Of a stretch of 64,000 nt of DNA, positions 1-10,830 are shown piece by piece. How positions within the stretch are numbered: the first letter of the stretch is position 1; every line of letters starts with the position of its first letter. A model generated the notes under the pieces. It was not told the origin of the DNA, did not search any database, and was given only the letters and a program-made list of their open reading frames with translations. Made by a program: the position numbers and the translations under genes. Source of the DNA: an uncultured delta proteobacterium (GTDB taxonomy: Bacteria; Desulfobacterota; RBG-13-43-22); assembly GCA_963802945.1 (NCBI GenBank), contig CAWDKY010000029.1, positions 32,001 to 96,000 on the forward strand, read 5' to 3'.

Positions 1-1063
1 TCGGAAGAAGGTGCAAACGACTGAGCTTTTCTCTGAAGATCGAATTCAGCGTTACATGCGCCGCCCATTTGACACCGGCTGGGCCTACATTTCCGACGTG
101 AGTCCTTTGTGGAATCGATCACGGCCTGAACTACGTAACCACCTCATGCAAAGTCCTTTCTGTCTGCTCACCCGTCCCGCTGGTGCTGCCAGTCCTGAGG
201 GTGTTCCTTTCTTCGCAACGAGCCTTCTTGGGGAGCAAGACTCTATGAGAGGGCATGCCTACTACTTTCCTGCTCGCCTGAAGGTAGAGCCGGGTCGCTG
301 GGCCAGCCGCATCGAAGTCCTGCCGGGCCTGGAAACCGGATTGGAAAAGATCACAGCCAACCTCTCTCCCGCTGCCCGCGCCTATCTGGCGTCGCTCGAC
401 CTACCCGATCCGGATAGCGACCAGGCAACCGCTGAACTGATCTGGTATCACGCCTTGGCCGTTGGCTATTCGCCCGCTTATCTCTCCGAGAACGCCGACG
501 GCATTCGGCAGGACTGGCCGCGGGTTCCGCTACCGAAGGCAAAGGATACTCTGCTTGCTTCTGCGGCCCTGGGGCGGCAGGTGTCGGTATTATTGGACAC
601 AGAAACGCCTGTTCTCGGTGTAACAGCCGGGAAGATTAAGGATGAACTGAAGACCATTGCCGTCTTCCAGCGCGTTGATGGAAAACCAGCAAAACCCGAA
701 TCAGGAGATTTAGACCTGACCGCTGGATGGGGCCATGCCGGCAAGGGTAGCGTCACCATGCCCGGTAAGGGGAAGCTCAGCCACAGGGAAGATGGAGCAT
801 ATGACATTTTCCTAAATGATGTTACCTGCTGGCGAAACGTACCCGAGACAGTTTGGACCTACACCATCGGTGGCTACCAGGTAATCAAAAAGTGGCTGTC
901 GTACCGGGAGAAGCCACTCCTTGGCCGGGGCCTGACGCCTGAGGAAGTCCGTTATGTCACGGAAATGGCTCGCCGGTTGTCTTCTCTGATTGCCTTGCAG
1001 ACATCCTTGGATTCGAACTATCGGGTTGTGATCCATACAACTTATCCATGGCCGAACCAATAG
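1..1063 (+). CDS. Type ISP restriction-modification enzyme, C-terminal specificity region (5'-truncated by window)
   Basis: Motifs YLSENADGIRQDWPRVPLP and VWTYTIGGYQVIKKWLSYRE typical of the LlaBIII/LlaGI-like C-terminus; frame is open to the window edge. Confidence 0.8.
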   Translation, partial: RKKVQTTELFSEDRIQRYMRRPFDTGWAYISDVSPLWNRSRPELRNHLMQSPFCLLTRPAGAASPEGVPFFATSLLGEQDSMRGHAYYFPARLKVEPGRWASRIEVLPGLETGLEKITANLSPAARAYLASLDLPDPDSDQATAELIWYHALAVGYSPAYLSENADGIRQDWPRVPLPKAKDTLLASAALGRQVSVLLDTETPVLGVTAGKIKDELKTIAVFQRVDGKPAKPESGDLDLTAGWGHAGKGSVTMPGKGKLSHREDGAYDIFLNDVTCWRNVPETVWTYTIGGYQVIKKWLSYREKPLLGRGLTPEEVRYVTEMARRLSSLIALQTSLDSNYRVVIHTTYPWPNQ

Positions 1064-1217
1064 GAATGGTGAATAAGTACTTCGAATGCTATGCCGTTTC
1101 GGCTGCCCTTCACCGGGGAGGTTAATGAATGATCTTGACACACTTGTTAAATTAAAATGACTGTGTCAGGAAAAGGGGTATTCAAAAAGCAAGGCTTAAC
1201 CATGTGCGGGTGCATTA

Positions 1218-1697
1218 GTGAATCATAGACATCAAATTTTTATCAGTTCTCAACTGAAACCCGGTACTCTCAATGACGAACGTCGCTCGGCTTACAAGGT
1301 TATAAATAAATTTAATTTCATCTTCGTGCCGTGGGATTGGGAAAACGATGGACCTACCGGGCCGAAGACTCCAATGGAATATTGTCTTATCGAAGTCAGG
1401 CGGAGTTATGCTTTGGTTTTGATTGTTGGCAACACTTTGACAAAGCATACGCGTGCAGAATATAATTTGGCGAAGAAGGAAGGGAAGCATTTGTTTGTCT
1501 TCTTTAAAAAAGGTTGTCAGCGGGGGACAACACTTTCATTCCGGAAGCGATTGAAGCAATCCTGGTTGGAATTTCAAAATACCTCAGAGTTTAAGTCAAT
1601 GTTGCATAAATCCCTGCGAGATTTATTATTCATGGCAACTGAAGAATACAAGGCCACCCCATCTTCAGAGGTCGCGTATATGAAGGCAAGATCGTGA
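1218..1697 (+). CDS. DUF4062 (TIR/nucleoside deoxyribosyltransferase-like) domain protein
   Basis: QIFISS...ERR...CLIEVRRSYALVLIVG...TRAEYNLA...LFVF pattern. Confidence 0.75.
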   Translation: MNHRHQIFISSQLKPGTLNDERRSAYKVINKFNFIFVPWDWENDGPTGPKTPMEYCLIEVRRSYALVLIVGNTLTKHTRAEYNLAKKEGKHLFVFFKKGCQRGTTLSFRKRLKQSWLEFQNTSEFKSMLHKSLRDLLFMATEEYKATPSSEVAYMKARS

Positions 1698-4043
1698 GTG
1701 AGAAGAAAGCCAAAGAATTTGTTTCGGAAATTATGGCAAAATTGACTCCCGCAGTCCAAAGGGAGTGGTGTCATGACCCGCAACTCAAGGCTGAGGCGGA
1801 AACCGCCATTCACTTTACCCAAAAAGCCTTGGTGGAAATAATGAGTCACTTATTCGCCAAGAGACTTCAACAGGCTGCTGATTCGGCTCATGAGTTTGCT
1901 CCATTTCTCGGTAGCGTTGGTGCTCAGCAGTTATTGGATATGATTTCAAGATTAAAACATAAGAAGTTTGATTCGGTAAGGCCGTCTTTTATATGGGCAT
2001 CTGGCCATGCATTTCATGCCGCTGGCGACCTGCAAACAGCACATGATCGACTTATTCTTGCCCGTCGGATGGCGAGAGCCCAGAATCAGACGTCAATGGC
2101 TGCACGAATGGCGATTGACTTGGGCAGCTGGGCGTATAAAGTCGACGATTTTGATAGAGCGAAATACTGGTATGAGAAGGCAAGGAAAGAGGCAGTTGAA
2201 GCAAGAGATGCGGAGGTCGAAGCTATTGCTATAAATAATTTGGCATTACAGAAATTTGGCTTAGATCCACTCACTGCTCGAAAAATGCTGGAAAAGTCAC
2301 TAGCACTAAAAGAATCCGCTGACTCTTCTGAAAACATAAAGGCTGGTAGTTGGACTAATCTTGGAATTCTCTATGCTAAGGCTGGAGAGCATGAAAAGGC
2401 ATTTGATCTCTTCAATAAAGCCGTGAAAACATTCCAATCGTTCAAAGATTACCCAAATCTTGCGCGGGGGCTGCTTAACCTTGCCAATACTGAAGCTGAA
2501 CTCGGACAGTTCGAGGAAGCAAAGCGGTTATATCGGAAGGGACTTCAAATAGCTGAAAAATTTGATGACATAGATACTCAAGTTCTTTTGCATCAAGGCT
2601 TCGCTACAAATGCTTTTAAAGATAAAAAGTATAGTCTTGCCGCAAAAGAGTTCCGTTCATTGCATAGTTCACTAGAGGCCTTGGACGATAGTCATGGGGC
2701 GGCGATCGCGCTGGCATGATCTAGCACTGAGCCTTGCAAGGACAGGAAATAAAAAGGAAGCAAGAAAAGAAATTAATTACGCCCTTAAGCGTTTTGAGAC
2801 AATGGGTGACATGGACTGGTACAAACGTTGTCTTCTGCTGATTGCATCTGACATTGAGGATCGTCCTTCTGAAAAAAGAATAGAAATTTTGCAGAAAGCG
2901 GCGGATATGAAAGGTGGCCGAGATATAAATATAAAACTTATCACCCTTCGAACCCTCTGGCACGAATTGATAGAGAGAGGCATGCATAGAGAAGCTACTC
3001 GGCGGCTCAATAGGGAAAAAATCCTACTGAAAAACGATCCCGCTCAACTGAAAGCGCGATTGCATTACGCAGGAATGACGCTGCGTGACAGAGGAAGAAA
3101 GAGGGAAGCCTTACGTCTCATGAAAGAAGTTGAACGATTAACCGGAGGCGGAGAATCTCCGGAGATTGCTAACGTTCGGCAAGATCTCGCCATTGCGCTG
3201 GCGGAAAATGGACAGTTCGGAAAAGCCTGCGATCTGCTAAACCACAATATTAAACTTGCCCGTAGGCGAAAGGATCGCATTTTGTTGGCCGTAAGCTTAG
3301 GGAATCTAGGCGAAATCAAGAATCGGGCAGGACTCTCCAGGGAAGCAGTGCTACATTTGAAGGAGGCAGTGAGGCTGAGCAGAAAATTTCACGATACTGA
3401 AGGGGAAGTAATGTGGCTAAACAATCTGGCCCTTGCACTTTCCGATCTCGATAAAACTGCTGAAGCCGAACAGACACTGAAGGAGACTCTTAAAATTGCT
3501 GAGGCAGCCTCAGAACAGTCTGGTGTGGCAACTGTACAGGGCTCTCTGGGGATTCTGGCAGCAAGGGCCGGTCGTTTCGAAGATGCTTGGAAGTATTATA
3601 CTGCTGCGATTGAAGCTGCAGAAAGGGCTGGACGCAGTGACTTTGCCGTATCTATGCGATACAATCGTGCTACCTCTTCTTATTACAACAACAAATTAAG
3701 TGCAGCCTTGAGAGACGCGAAGGCGGTTGTTAAAGATGCCTCGCAATTAGGGCTCTATGATCTCAGCAGAGACGCTGCTCAATCAGCAGCCTTTTGGGCG
3801 ATAGAACGGCAGAAGCCATTAGCCGCTGGAGAATTCACTGCAGTAGACTTCCTTTGTAATTTTATGGTCGAAAAACACCACTTAGATTTAGCTGCAGGAT
3901 TGTTACTAATTGCTTACCAAAAAATGACAACTGTTCAATATCGGCAATACTACCAGGCTCTCAAGCGTCAACTCATGCTTTCCGATAAAAGCGGCAAGGT
4001 CTGGAATATAGTGGACCAGATAGAAAAAAATATTATAGACTAG
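1694..4043 (+). CDS. Large tetratricopeptide-repeat protein, split by a +1 frameshift near 2714
   Basis: Repeated xNLG/NLA...A...A TPR helices in ORFs 1694-2719 and 2694-4043; removing one G from ctggcatgat gives a continuous AIALHDLALSL. Confidence 0.75.
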
Positions 4044-4232
4044 GTAGTTAGACAGGAATAACTGAGGCGGGCCATAAGAAATATTTTTTCTGATTGAGAA
4101 TATTGCACTCTTTGCCCCCTAAAATGGGCCAATAATTATTTTTAACGGTAAAAAAGCGGCTTCCTCAATATTACGAGAGCGAAACGGTATTACATTCCAG
4201 GATATGTCTGCCAATCCGTCTGTTGAGAAAGG

Positions 4233-4595
4233 ATGAATAGGATGAGCACTAAGAATCCCTACGAGCGATTTCGCGGTAACGACCTTATCCTAAGGGATGA
4301 GTTGGCGATCGACCGAACGATCCTGGCCAATGAACGCACCATACTGGCCTATCTCCGTGGGGCCATCTCTCTGATATTGGTGGGTATCACTTTTGTGCAT
4401 TTCTTCGAGACAGGGCTGCTCGGGTACGTCGGACTGGCTTGCATTCCTTTCGGTGTAGGTGTAGGGATTTTAGGCTATATCAGATATTATAAGATGAACA
4501 AGGACATTCGAGATGTCAGAAGCTCCTTTATTCAGCAAGTAAACAAACCAGATACTGGAAAGCCGAATCCGGGCGATTCTCAAACCAAAAAGTGA
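4233..4595 (+). CDS. DUF202 (YidH-like) membrane protein
   Basis: LRDELAIDRTILANERTILAYLR motif plus two TM helices. Confidence 0.85.
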   Translation: MNRMSTKNPYERFRGNDLILRDELAIDRTILANERTILAYLRGAISLILVGITFVHFFETGLLGYVGLACIPFGVGVGILGYIRYYKMNKDIRDVRSSFIQQVNKPDTGKPNPGDSQTKK

Positions 4596-4654
4596 GAATT
4601 ACCTTACCAGAGCTTTAGATTTTGAGAAGAAAAGGAAGGGCAATTATCGCACCG

Positions 4655-4690
4655 ATGAACTTCCCCGCAGCTTGCTGTGGGGAGGTTCAT
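4655..4690. repeat. Short palindrome (IS200/IS605-end or REP-like)
   Basis: ATGAACTTCCCCGCAGC-tt-GCTGTGGGGAGGTTCAT inverted repeat. Confidence 0.5.
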
Positions 4691-4845
4691 TGAGGTAAGG
4701 ATCAATATTTGAAGTTAACACTTTTACAAAAGGTAATTCATTTCTATTTTGTGGGACCCTGCTGGTCACGGATCCTGAGAGCAAAATAGCAATAGTTGAC
4801 TTGCCCTTTTTTGTTATGATGATGGAGGTTTGATAAAAAATTTAT

Positions 4846-5694
4846 ATGATTGAAGATCATCCCAGCGAAACCGCCCTCGGCGTAGCCTTATTGCGCGCCG
4901 TTCATCAACTCGTCGATGAGCCACCCAAGATTCTGGATGATCAGGTAATCGTCCGGCTTCTCGACGCATCTACGCTTGACTGGATCCGCCAGGCGCCCGA
5001 TCAGTTTCGGACGCCCGAGCTTAATGATCTGCGCTCCCGTCTCGTCATTCGGAGTCGTTTTGCCGAGGATCGTTTGGCCGAGGCAGTCCGTCGAGGTACG
5101 CAGCAATTTATCAATTTAGGGGCAGGGTTTGACACCTTCGCCTATCGACAGCCGGCCTGGGCGCTGGCCATCCGGATTTTTGAGGTGGATCATCCGGCAA
5201 GTCAAAAGGCCAAACGCGATCTCTTAGCAAAGAGAGGGATCGCTATGCCACCGAACATAGAATTCGTGCCTATCGACTTCGAAGTCGCCTCGCTTCGTGA
5301 CGGCTTAAAGGCCATCACCTTCGACGCCACACGCCCTGCCTTTCTCTCCTGGCTGGGGGTCATGGTGTATTTAAGTGAGGAAGCCGTCGATAGGGTATTC
5401 CGATTTGTAACCTCATTGCCCCGGTCGAGTGAGATCGTTTTCACCTTTAACGATCCCGCCTCTGCGGATCTGGGTGACCCCGGGCCTACCAGCCTTGCTG
5501 AAATGGTGGCAGCCCAAGGAGAGTCTTGGCGCACGTTGGTCAAACCCGATGACTTAGTACGACGTCTCTACGCCCTGGGTTTTTCATCGGTAAAATTGCT
5601 TACGTCTACGGAGATTGACGAACGCTATATAGGGGATCGTCAGGATGGGATCCTCGCACCATTACGGATCAGTATTGCCAGCGCCATGGTTTGA
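4846..5694 (+). CDS. SAM-dependent methyltransferase, LCM/TIGR00027 family
   Basis: RSRFAED, LGAGFDT, FEVDHP, WLGVMVYL motifs. Confidence 0.88.
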   Translation: MIEDHPSETALGVALLRAVHQLVDEPPKILDDQVIVRLLDASTLDWIRQAPDQFRTPELNDLRSRLVIRSRFAEDRLAEAVRRGTQQFINLGAGFDTFAYRQPAWALAIRIFEVDHPASQKAKRDLLAKRGIAMPPNIEFVPIDFEVASLRDGLKAITFDATRPAFLSWLGVMVYLSEEAVDRVFRFVTSLPRSSEIVFTFNDPASADLGDPGPTSLAEMVAAQGESWRTLVKPDDLVRRLYALGFSSVKLLTSTEIDERYIGDRQDGILAPLRISIASAMV

Positions 5695-5723
5695 TCGGAA
5701 ACCAATCGATGGCGGGCGAGAAC

Positions 5724-6266
5724 CTATTGGGTCAAATAATAATTAATATTATAGGCTAAATTAGACATGCCCTGAGACAGTCTGGCGCCAAATTTCATAT
5801 TGGCCCAACCGCTAAAGGGACCGAACTTACGCATTAACGCCTCAACGTCCACCTGTTTTAGTACTTTCCCGGTGGCACTGTCAATGAACTGGAGACTGCA
5901 CCTTAACGAAAAGGCATGTGAGTCAAAAGGGGCCAGGTTGATAAATTTGACCACCAGCACCGCAGGATCTTTCGGAGGAGCTTCATTTTTGGCAGCCGCA
6001 CCCCTGACTTCCCAATTTTTTATGTAATCACGAGCATATTTTTGTAAGCCATTGATGTTTTGCTCTTTAATTTCAGTAGCCCATTCCTCTTTGACTGGAT
6101 AACCATAACTGGCGAAATTGTTCTCCCCGAGGTCAAGCCAGGATATATAAACGGTCTTGAATTTCTGAAAGTCCTCTGTTCCCGCGGCACCAGCATAACC
6201 CCAGGACAGCATACCAAGACAGATCGCCATAAGAACAATCACAAAGAGTTTTCTTCTAATGGTCAT
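5724..6266 (-). CDS. Hypothetical exported protein
   Basis: ~180-aa ORF with signal-peptide-like N-terminus and GGAGG RBS; start uncertain. Confidence 0.6.
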   Translation of the reverse strand: MTIRRKLFVIVLMAICLGMLSWGYAGAAGTEDFQKFKTVYISWLDLGENNFASYGYPVKEEWATEIKEQNINGLQKYARDYIKNWEVRGAAAKNEAPPKDPAVLVVKFINLAPFDSHAFSLRCSLQFIDSATGKVLKQVDVEALMRKFGPFSGWANMKFGARLSQGMSNLAYNINYYLTQ

Positions 6267-6776
6267 CATAATCAAATCCCCTCCCAAGTTATTTTGAAAG
6301 AAATCTAATGATAATAATTAGAATAATCCAAGAATGTTGTCAAGTAGAAAAATATCTCCCGAAAGAGTTCCAGATATTCTACCAATCAAAGGACAACCGG
6401 CAAGAAAAAACCTTCGATGCCTTAGATCGGCTGGTGGCCATGACCTCCCCTATACCAGACCAACCTAAATGATGTTATTCCCTTTTTGCCCTCCCATGAA
6501 AAATTTCAGGTGTAACTCAAGGACTCACCTCCCTTTTTCATGATACAAAACTCCCTTTAGCCAATTAAACGCTCCCTAATAATAAAAGCTAAAAGTACGA
6601 CTTGATTCATAGGCTCTTTAGGTATAAAATTTTCGAAGAAGCTATTTAAGGGCAGACAAAAGCCAGACAGGAAAACGATTGAGTCTTTGGAGCATTAGGG
6701 ATATCCGATGAATGAAATCGTTTAAGAAAAAAAAGGGAAGGATAAATAGGAGGCTTTGATGGAAAATAAAAAAATT

Positions 6777-7043
6777 GAATCGCAACCAATAGCGATCAAT
6801 ACAGTCGACGAGATGTCCAGAGGGCGATACAGTAATACCATGCTGGTCACCCACGGACCGGAGGAGTTTATGATCGATTGGTTGCTCCAATCGCCCAACG
6901 GCGCCCATCTCGTATCACGCATCATGGTAACCCCGGGGCACATGAAGCGTATCGTCAAAGCCCTTCAGGAAAATCTCGAAAAATATGAACGCCATTTCGG
7001 GGAAATCAAAATGGCGGAGTCCCCGACAACCGTGATGCAATAG
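6777..7043 (+). CDS. DUF3467 family protein
   Basis: GRYSN...HGPEEFMID...SRIMVTPGHMKR...ENLEKYE pattern; AGGAGG RBS. Confidence 0.8.
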   Translation, partial: ESQPIAINTVDEMSRGRYSNTMLVTHGPEEFMIDWLLQSPNGAHLVSRIMVTPGHMKRIVKALQENLEKYERHFGEIKMAESPTTVMQ

Positions 7044-7097
7044 ATATTTTTATATCGAAATGATTGGGCCAACCATTATTCTAAAATTTTTCCGAAT

Positions 7098-8309
7098 TTA
7101 AATTTTCTTCTTCAGTAAAAGATAAAAGCCTCCCTGGTGACGGAGATGGCCGGCGGCGATTTCGGCTTCCTTCCCATTCCCCCAAAAAAGATCCAACCGG
7201 CCAGGACCTTTGATGGCGCCTCCACTGTCCTGAATACAGACCCAGCGCCCGAAAGGAATCCAGAATCGGATTTGACCCTGATCATCCAGGACCGGCTTCC
7301 ATCCCTTTAACCAACCCAGCCCGGCGGGCGGGAAGATTTTTAAATCTGAGGCCACCGATCGGCCGGGAGTCAGGAGAAGGCCCAGACTCCCGTAAGGTCC
7401 TTCCTGGAGTTCCTTGAAAAAAATATAACTGGGGTTTAAGTTCAATATCGCCGCTTGTTCTTCCGGATGGTCTTTTAGATAGGTATAGATGGCTTGAAGA
7501 GACATTTCTTCCGGCTTAATCACCCCTTTGCGAATCAGTTCCCTCCCGATCGCATAATAAGGATGGCCGTTGGCGGCCTGGAAGCCTAATTTGATAAGGG
7601 AACCATCTTCAAGAAGGACCTGGCCAGAACCCTGAATGTGCATGAAAAAAAGCTTGATTAAATCGTCAACCCAGAGGATTTCCAGGCTCTTTCCGGCCAG
7701 ACGGCCATTCTGATCGATCTCTTGACGGGAATAATAAGGGATAACCTGGTTTCCCTCGATCCTGGCGATTAATTTTTGACCTTGAAATTTTTTGGAAAAT
7801 TTTTCCAATTCAATGAAGAGAAGATCATCGGGCAGACGGTAAACCGGATACCGAAAACGGGGGGAAGGGGTTCGGCTGCCTTGCAGAGTGGGTTCATAAT
7901 AGCCGGTCAGCAGGAGAGGCGGAGATTCTTCGTTTTGGCTGGTTCTATAGAGGTTAAAATTGTTTTTAATCTGCTGTAATCGGGAGCTGGTGTCCGGGTA
8001 ATTTTTTATGATCTCCAGAAAAAGGGTTAGGCTTTCCAGAATGTCTTTATTGGATATTTCCCATGATCCCAGGACAAATTTCTTATCCGGAGATCGATTG
8101 TTCAGGTAGCTCAAACTTTGAATAACCGCCTGCTCCAAACCCTGTTGGTCTAAATCATCCTCTAAAATTGGCCATTCCGTCTCCGGAACTAACTGGAAAA
8201 GGACCGGTTCTTCAATAGGGGAGGGCTTTTGAATGAAAATGGAGCAACAGGAACTTAGAAAAATGAGTAGGAAGATTAATCCGATTTTTGGAAGAGAGTT
8301 TCTCATCAT
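7098..8309 (-). CDS. mltA: Membrane-bound lytic murein transglycosylase A (lipoprotein)
   Basis: TGYYEP, FFMHIQGSG, NPSYIFF, QDSGGAIKGPGRLDLFWG; lipobox. Confidence 0.92.
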   Translation of the reverse strand: MMRNSLPKIGLIFLLIFLSSCCSIFIQKPSPIEEPVLFQLVPETEWPILEDDLDQQGLEQAVIQSLSYLNNRSPDKKFVLGSWEISNKDILESLTLFLEIIKNYPDTSSRLQQIKNNFNLYRTSQNEESPPLLLTGYYEPTLQGSRTPSPRFRYPVYRLPDDLLFIELEKFSKKFQGQKLIARIEGNQVIPYYSRQEIDQNGRLAGKSLEILWVDDLIKLFFMHIQGSGQVLLEDGSLIKLGFQAANGHPYYAIGRELIRKGVIKPEEMSLQAIYTYLKDHPEEQAAILNLNPSYIFFKELQEGPYGSLGLLLTPGRSVASDLKIFPPAGLGWLKGWKPVLDDQGQIRFWIPFGRWVCIQDSGGAIKGPGRLDLFWGNGKEAEIAAGHLRHQGGFYLLLKKKI

Positions 8310-8362
8310 AGGAAGAATTTCGGAAAAGGACGCTAGCCTACTGTCTAATCTTTTAATTTTTT

Positions 8363-8944
8363 TTAAACTTCACTATGCCTTTTTCGGACATTATAACGGT
8401 TCATGGCCGTTGTTATGCCTTGTTCTATTAATAGCTCAATGGCTTCACAGGCTTGGCCGGTCAGGATGGGAAGCTCCTTTCTCTCTTCGGCTGAAAAGGG
8501 TTCCAGGACATAGGATTCGGGTGGAATGTTTTCCGGGGGACGGCCGATCCCCATCCGTATCCGCATAAAGGCGCGGGTCTGGATTTGGTCTATGATGGAC
8601 AGGATACCTTTATGACCGGCGGCCCCTCCCTGGTTGGCAATCCGTATTCGGGTAAAGGGAAGATCAAGATCATCATGGATGACGATCAGATTATCAGGAG
8701 AGATCTGAAAATATCTTAGAAAAGAGCCGACGGCCAAGCCGCTCCGATTCATATAAGTCAGAGGGGTTAAGAGAATGACCTTTTCTCGAAGTATTTCTCC
8801 TAACCCGTAATGACTTTCAAATTTCCGTTTTTCTATTGAGAGTTGATGACGTCGGGCCAAGGCCTGAAGGGTCAAAAACCCCAGGTTATGGCGTGTATTT
8901 TGATATGGTTTATCAGGGTTCCCTAAGCCGGCGATCAGGTACAC
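8363..8944 (-). CDS. pth: Peptidyl-tRNA hydrolase
   Basis: GLGNP...TRHNLG, TYMNRSG, HDDLDL motifs. Confidence 0.97.
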   Translation of the reverse strand: MYLIAGLGNPDKPYQNTRHNLGFLTLQALARRHQLSIEKRKFESHYGLGEILREKVILLTPLTYMNRSGLAVGSFLRYFQISPDNLIVIHDDLDLPFTRIRIANQGGAAGHKGILSIIDQIQTRAFMRIRMGIGRPPENIPPESYVLEPFSAEERKELPILTGQACEAIELLIEQGITTAMNRYNVRKRHSEV

Positions 8945-8952
8945 CGGAAAGG

Positions 8953-9615
8953 TTACTCCTCTTCCTCTGTTTTGGCTTTGCCTTTTTTAGCCACTTCAAC
9001 CTCGGATTCTTCAACGGGTTCTGCCTCCGCTACGGGTTTTTCTTCTTCTGCTATTGGCGGAACCACGGTAATCAGAGAAAGATTGGCCTCCGAGAGGACG
9101 CGAATGTCTTCAGGCAATTTAAGATCTCGGACATAGATGGAATCCCCGATATCCAGGGCGCTGACATCCACTTCAATATGATTGGGGATATTGGTAGGCA
9201 GACATCGAATCTCCACCTCCCGGGTATTTTCCTGGAGGATCCCTCCTTTTTCCACTCCGGCGGCCTTGCCGACGACCTTCAACCCAACCGAGACATCGAT
9301 TTCCTTGAATAAAGAGATCTCATAAAAATCGAGATGAAGAATCTCCTGGTCGATGGGGTTTTTTTGTATTTCCTTTAGCATGACCGTTTTAATTGTTTTT
9401 TTCTTATCCCCTTGGATGGTCAATTGATAAAGGATATTTTCATTGTTTTGTTTCTTTAAGGTTTTTTCCAGGGATTGCTTGGCTACCTGAATAGGGATAG
9501 ATACGGCGCCCGGTCCGTAAAAAATGGCCGGGATATTTCCTGCCCTCCGCAGAGTGCGGGCCCCACCCTTACCGGATGGTTCCCTAACAAAACCTTCTAA
9601 AGCTACCTGTTCCAT
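8953..9615 (-). CDS. rplY: 50S ribosomal protein L25/Ctc
   Basis: GKGGARTLRR..IPAIFYG, HLDFY; prs-rplY-pth synteny. Confidence 0.96.
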   Translation of the reverse strand: MEQVALEGFVREPSGKGGARTLRRAGNIPAIFYGPGAVSIPIQVAKQSLEKTLKKQNNENILYQLTIQGDKKKTIKTVMLKEIQKNPIDQEILHLDFYEISLFKEIDVSVGLKVVGKAAGVEKGGILQENTREVEIRCLPTNIPNHIEVDVSALDIGDSIYVRDLKLPEDIRVLSEANLSLITVVPPIAEEEKPVAEAEPVEESEVEVAKKGKAKTEEEE

Positions 9616-9646
9616 ATGGGTTCAATTTCCTTTCCTTTGACTTAAC

Positions 9647-10588
9647 TTAAACAAACAAAGAACTCACCGAGTCCTCATCATGAATCCTTCGAATCGCCTC
9701 TCCCAAGAGAGGGGCTACACTAAGCACCTTGATCTTAGGACAGTGGACGGCCTTGCCCTGTAAGGGAATGGTATTGGTAACCACCAATTGATCCAGAGGG
9801 GAATCCATAATCCTTTCCACGGCCGGACCGGAAAGCACCGGATGGGTGACACTGGCATAGATTTTTTTTGCACCCTGCTCGGCTAAAGCCACGGCGGCCT
9901 TAACCAGGGTACCAGCGGTATCCACCATGTCGTCTAAAAGAATGACATTGCAGCCCTTCACCTTGCCGACGATATTCATGACCTCGGAGGAATTCGGGCG
10001 GTCCCGTCTTTTGTCGATAATGGCAATTTGGGCATTGAGTCTTTTGGCAAAGGCCCTGGCCCGCTCCACCCCTCCGGCATCTGGGGAGACGATGACGATA
10101 TTATTTTGAAAATTTTCTTTGATATACTCCAGTAGTACTGGAGCGGCGAAAAGGTTGTCCACCGGGATATTGAAAAAACCTTGAATCTGGCCGGCATGGA
10201 GGTCCATGGTCAATACCCGCCCGGTGCCGGAGGCTGTAATCAGATCAGCCACTAATTTGGCCGTTATAGGGACCCTGGGAGCTACCTTGCGGTCCTGACG
10301 GGCATAGCCATAATAGGGCATAACGGCCGTTATCCGCCGGGCTGAGGCCCTTCGAAGGGCGTCCATGATAATCAATAGTTCCATCAGATTGTCATTGACC
10401 GGGGAGCAGGTGGATTGCATGACAAAGACATCTTTGCCGCGGACGTTTTCACCGATCTCAACAAAGATCTCGCCGTCACTGAACCTCCTGACCTGAATGG
10501 CCCCCAGGCCGATCTTCAGGTAGGAACAGATCATTTTCGCCAATTGGGGATTCGAATTGCCTGTAAAAAATTTTATCAGAGTATCCAT
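9647..10588 (-). CDS. prs: Ribose-phosphate pyrophosphokinase
   Basis: [25 protein letters not shown]. Confidence 0.98.
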   Translation of the reverse strand: MDTLIKFFTGNSNPQLAKMICSYLKIGLGAIQVRRFSDGEIFVEIGENVRGKDVFVMQSTCSPVNDNLMELLIIMDALRRASARRITAVMPYYGYARQDRKVAPRVPITAKLVADLITASGTGRVLTMDLHAGQIQGFFNIPVDNLFAAPVLLEYIKENFQNNIVIVSPDAGGVERARAFAKRLNAQIAIIDKRRDRPNSSEVMNIVGKVKGCNVILLDDMVDTAGTLVKAAVALAEQGAKKIYASVTHPVLSGPAVERIMDSPLDQLVVTNTIPLQGKAVHCPKIKVLSVAPLLGEAIRRIHDEDSVSSLFV

Positions 10589-10669
10589 GTTCCCTGCCTG
10601 ATATGGCCTCCACTTAGTAAAGGTTAATATTCTAAATCCGCCATCCGAAATTCAAAATCCAAAATATTC

Positions 10670-10744
10670 TGGCTGGGGTGGGAGGATTCGAACCTCCGAA
10701 TGCGGGTTCCAAAGACCCGTGTCTTACCGCTTGACGACACCCCA
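10670..10744 (-). tRNA. tRNA-Gln(TTG)
   Basis: TGGGGTGTCGTCAAGCGGTAAGACACGGGTCTTTGGAACCCG...GGTTCGAATCC...CCAGCCA; ispE-tRNA-Gln-prs synteny. Confidence 0.96.
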
Positions 10745-10830
10745 AATAAAGCGTTCAAAGTGCAGAGTTCAAAGTTCAAGTTCTTTTGAAAGAAAAAAAT
10801 CAGGCTGAACGAACTTTGAATATTGAACTT

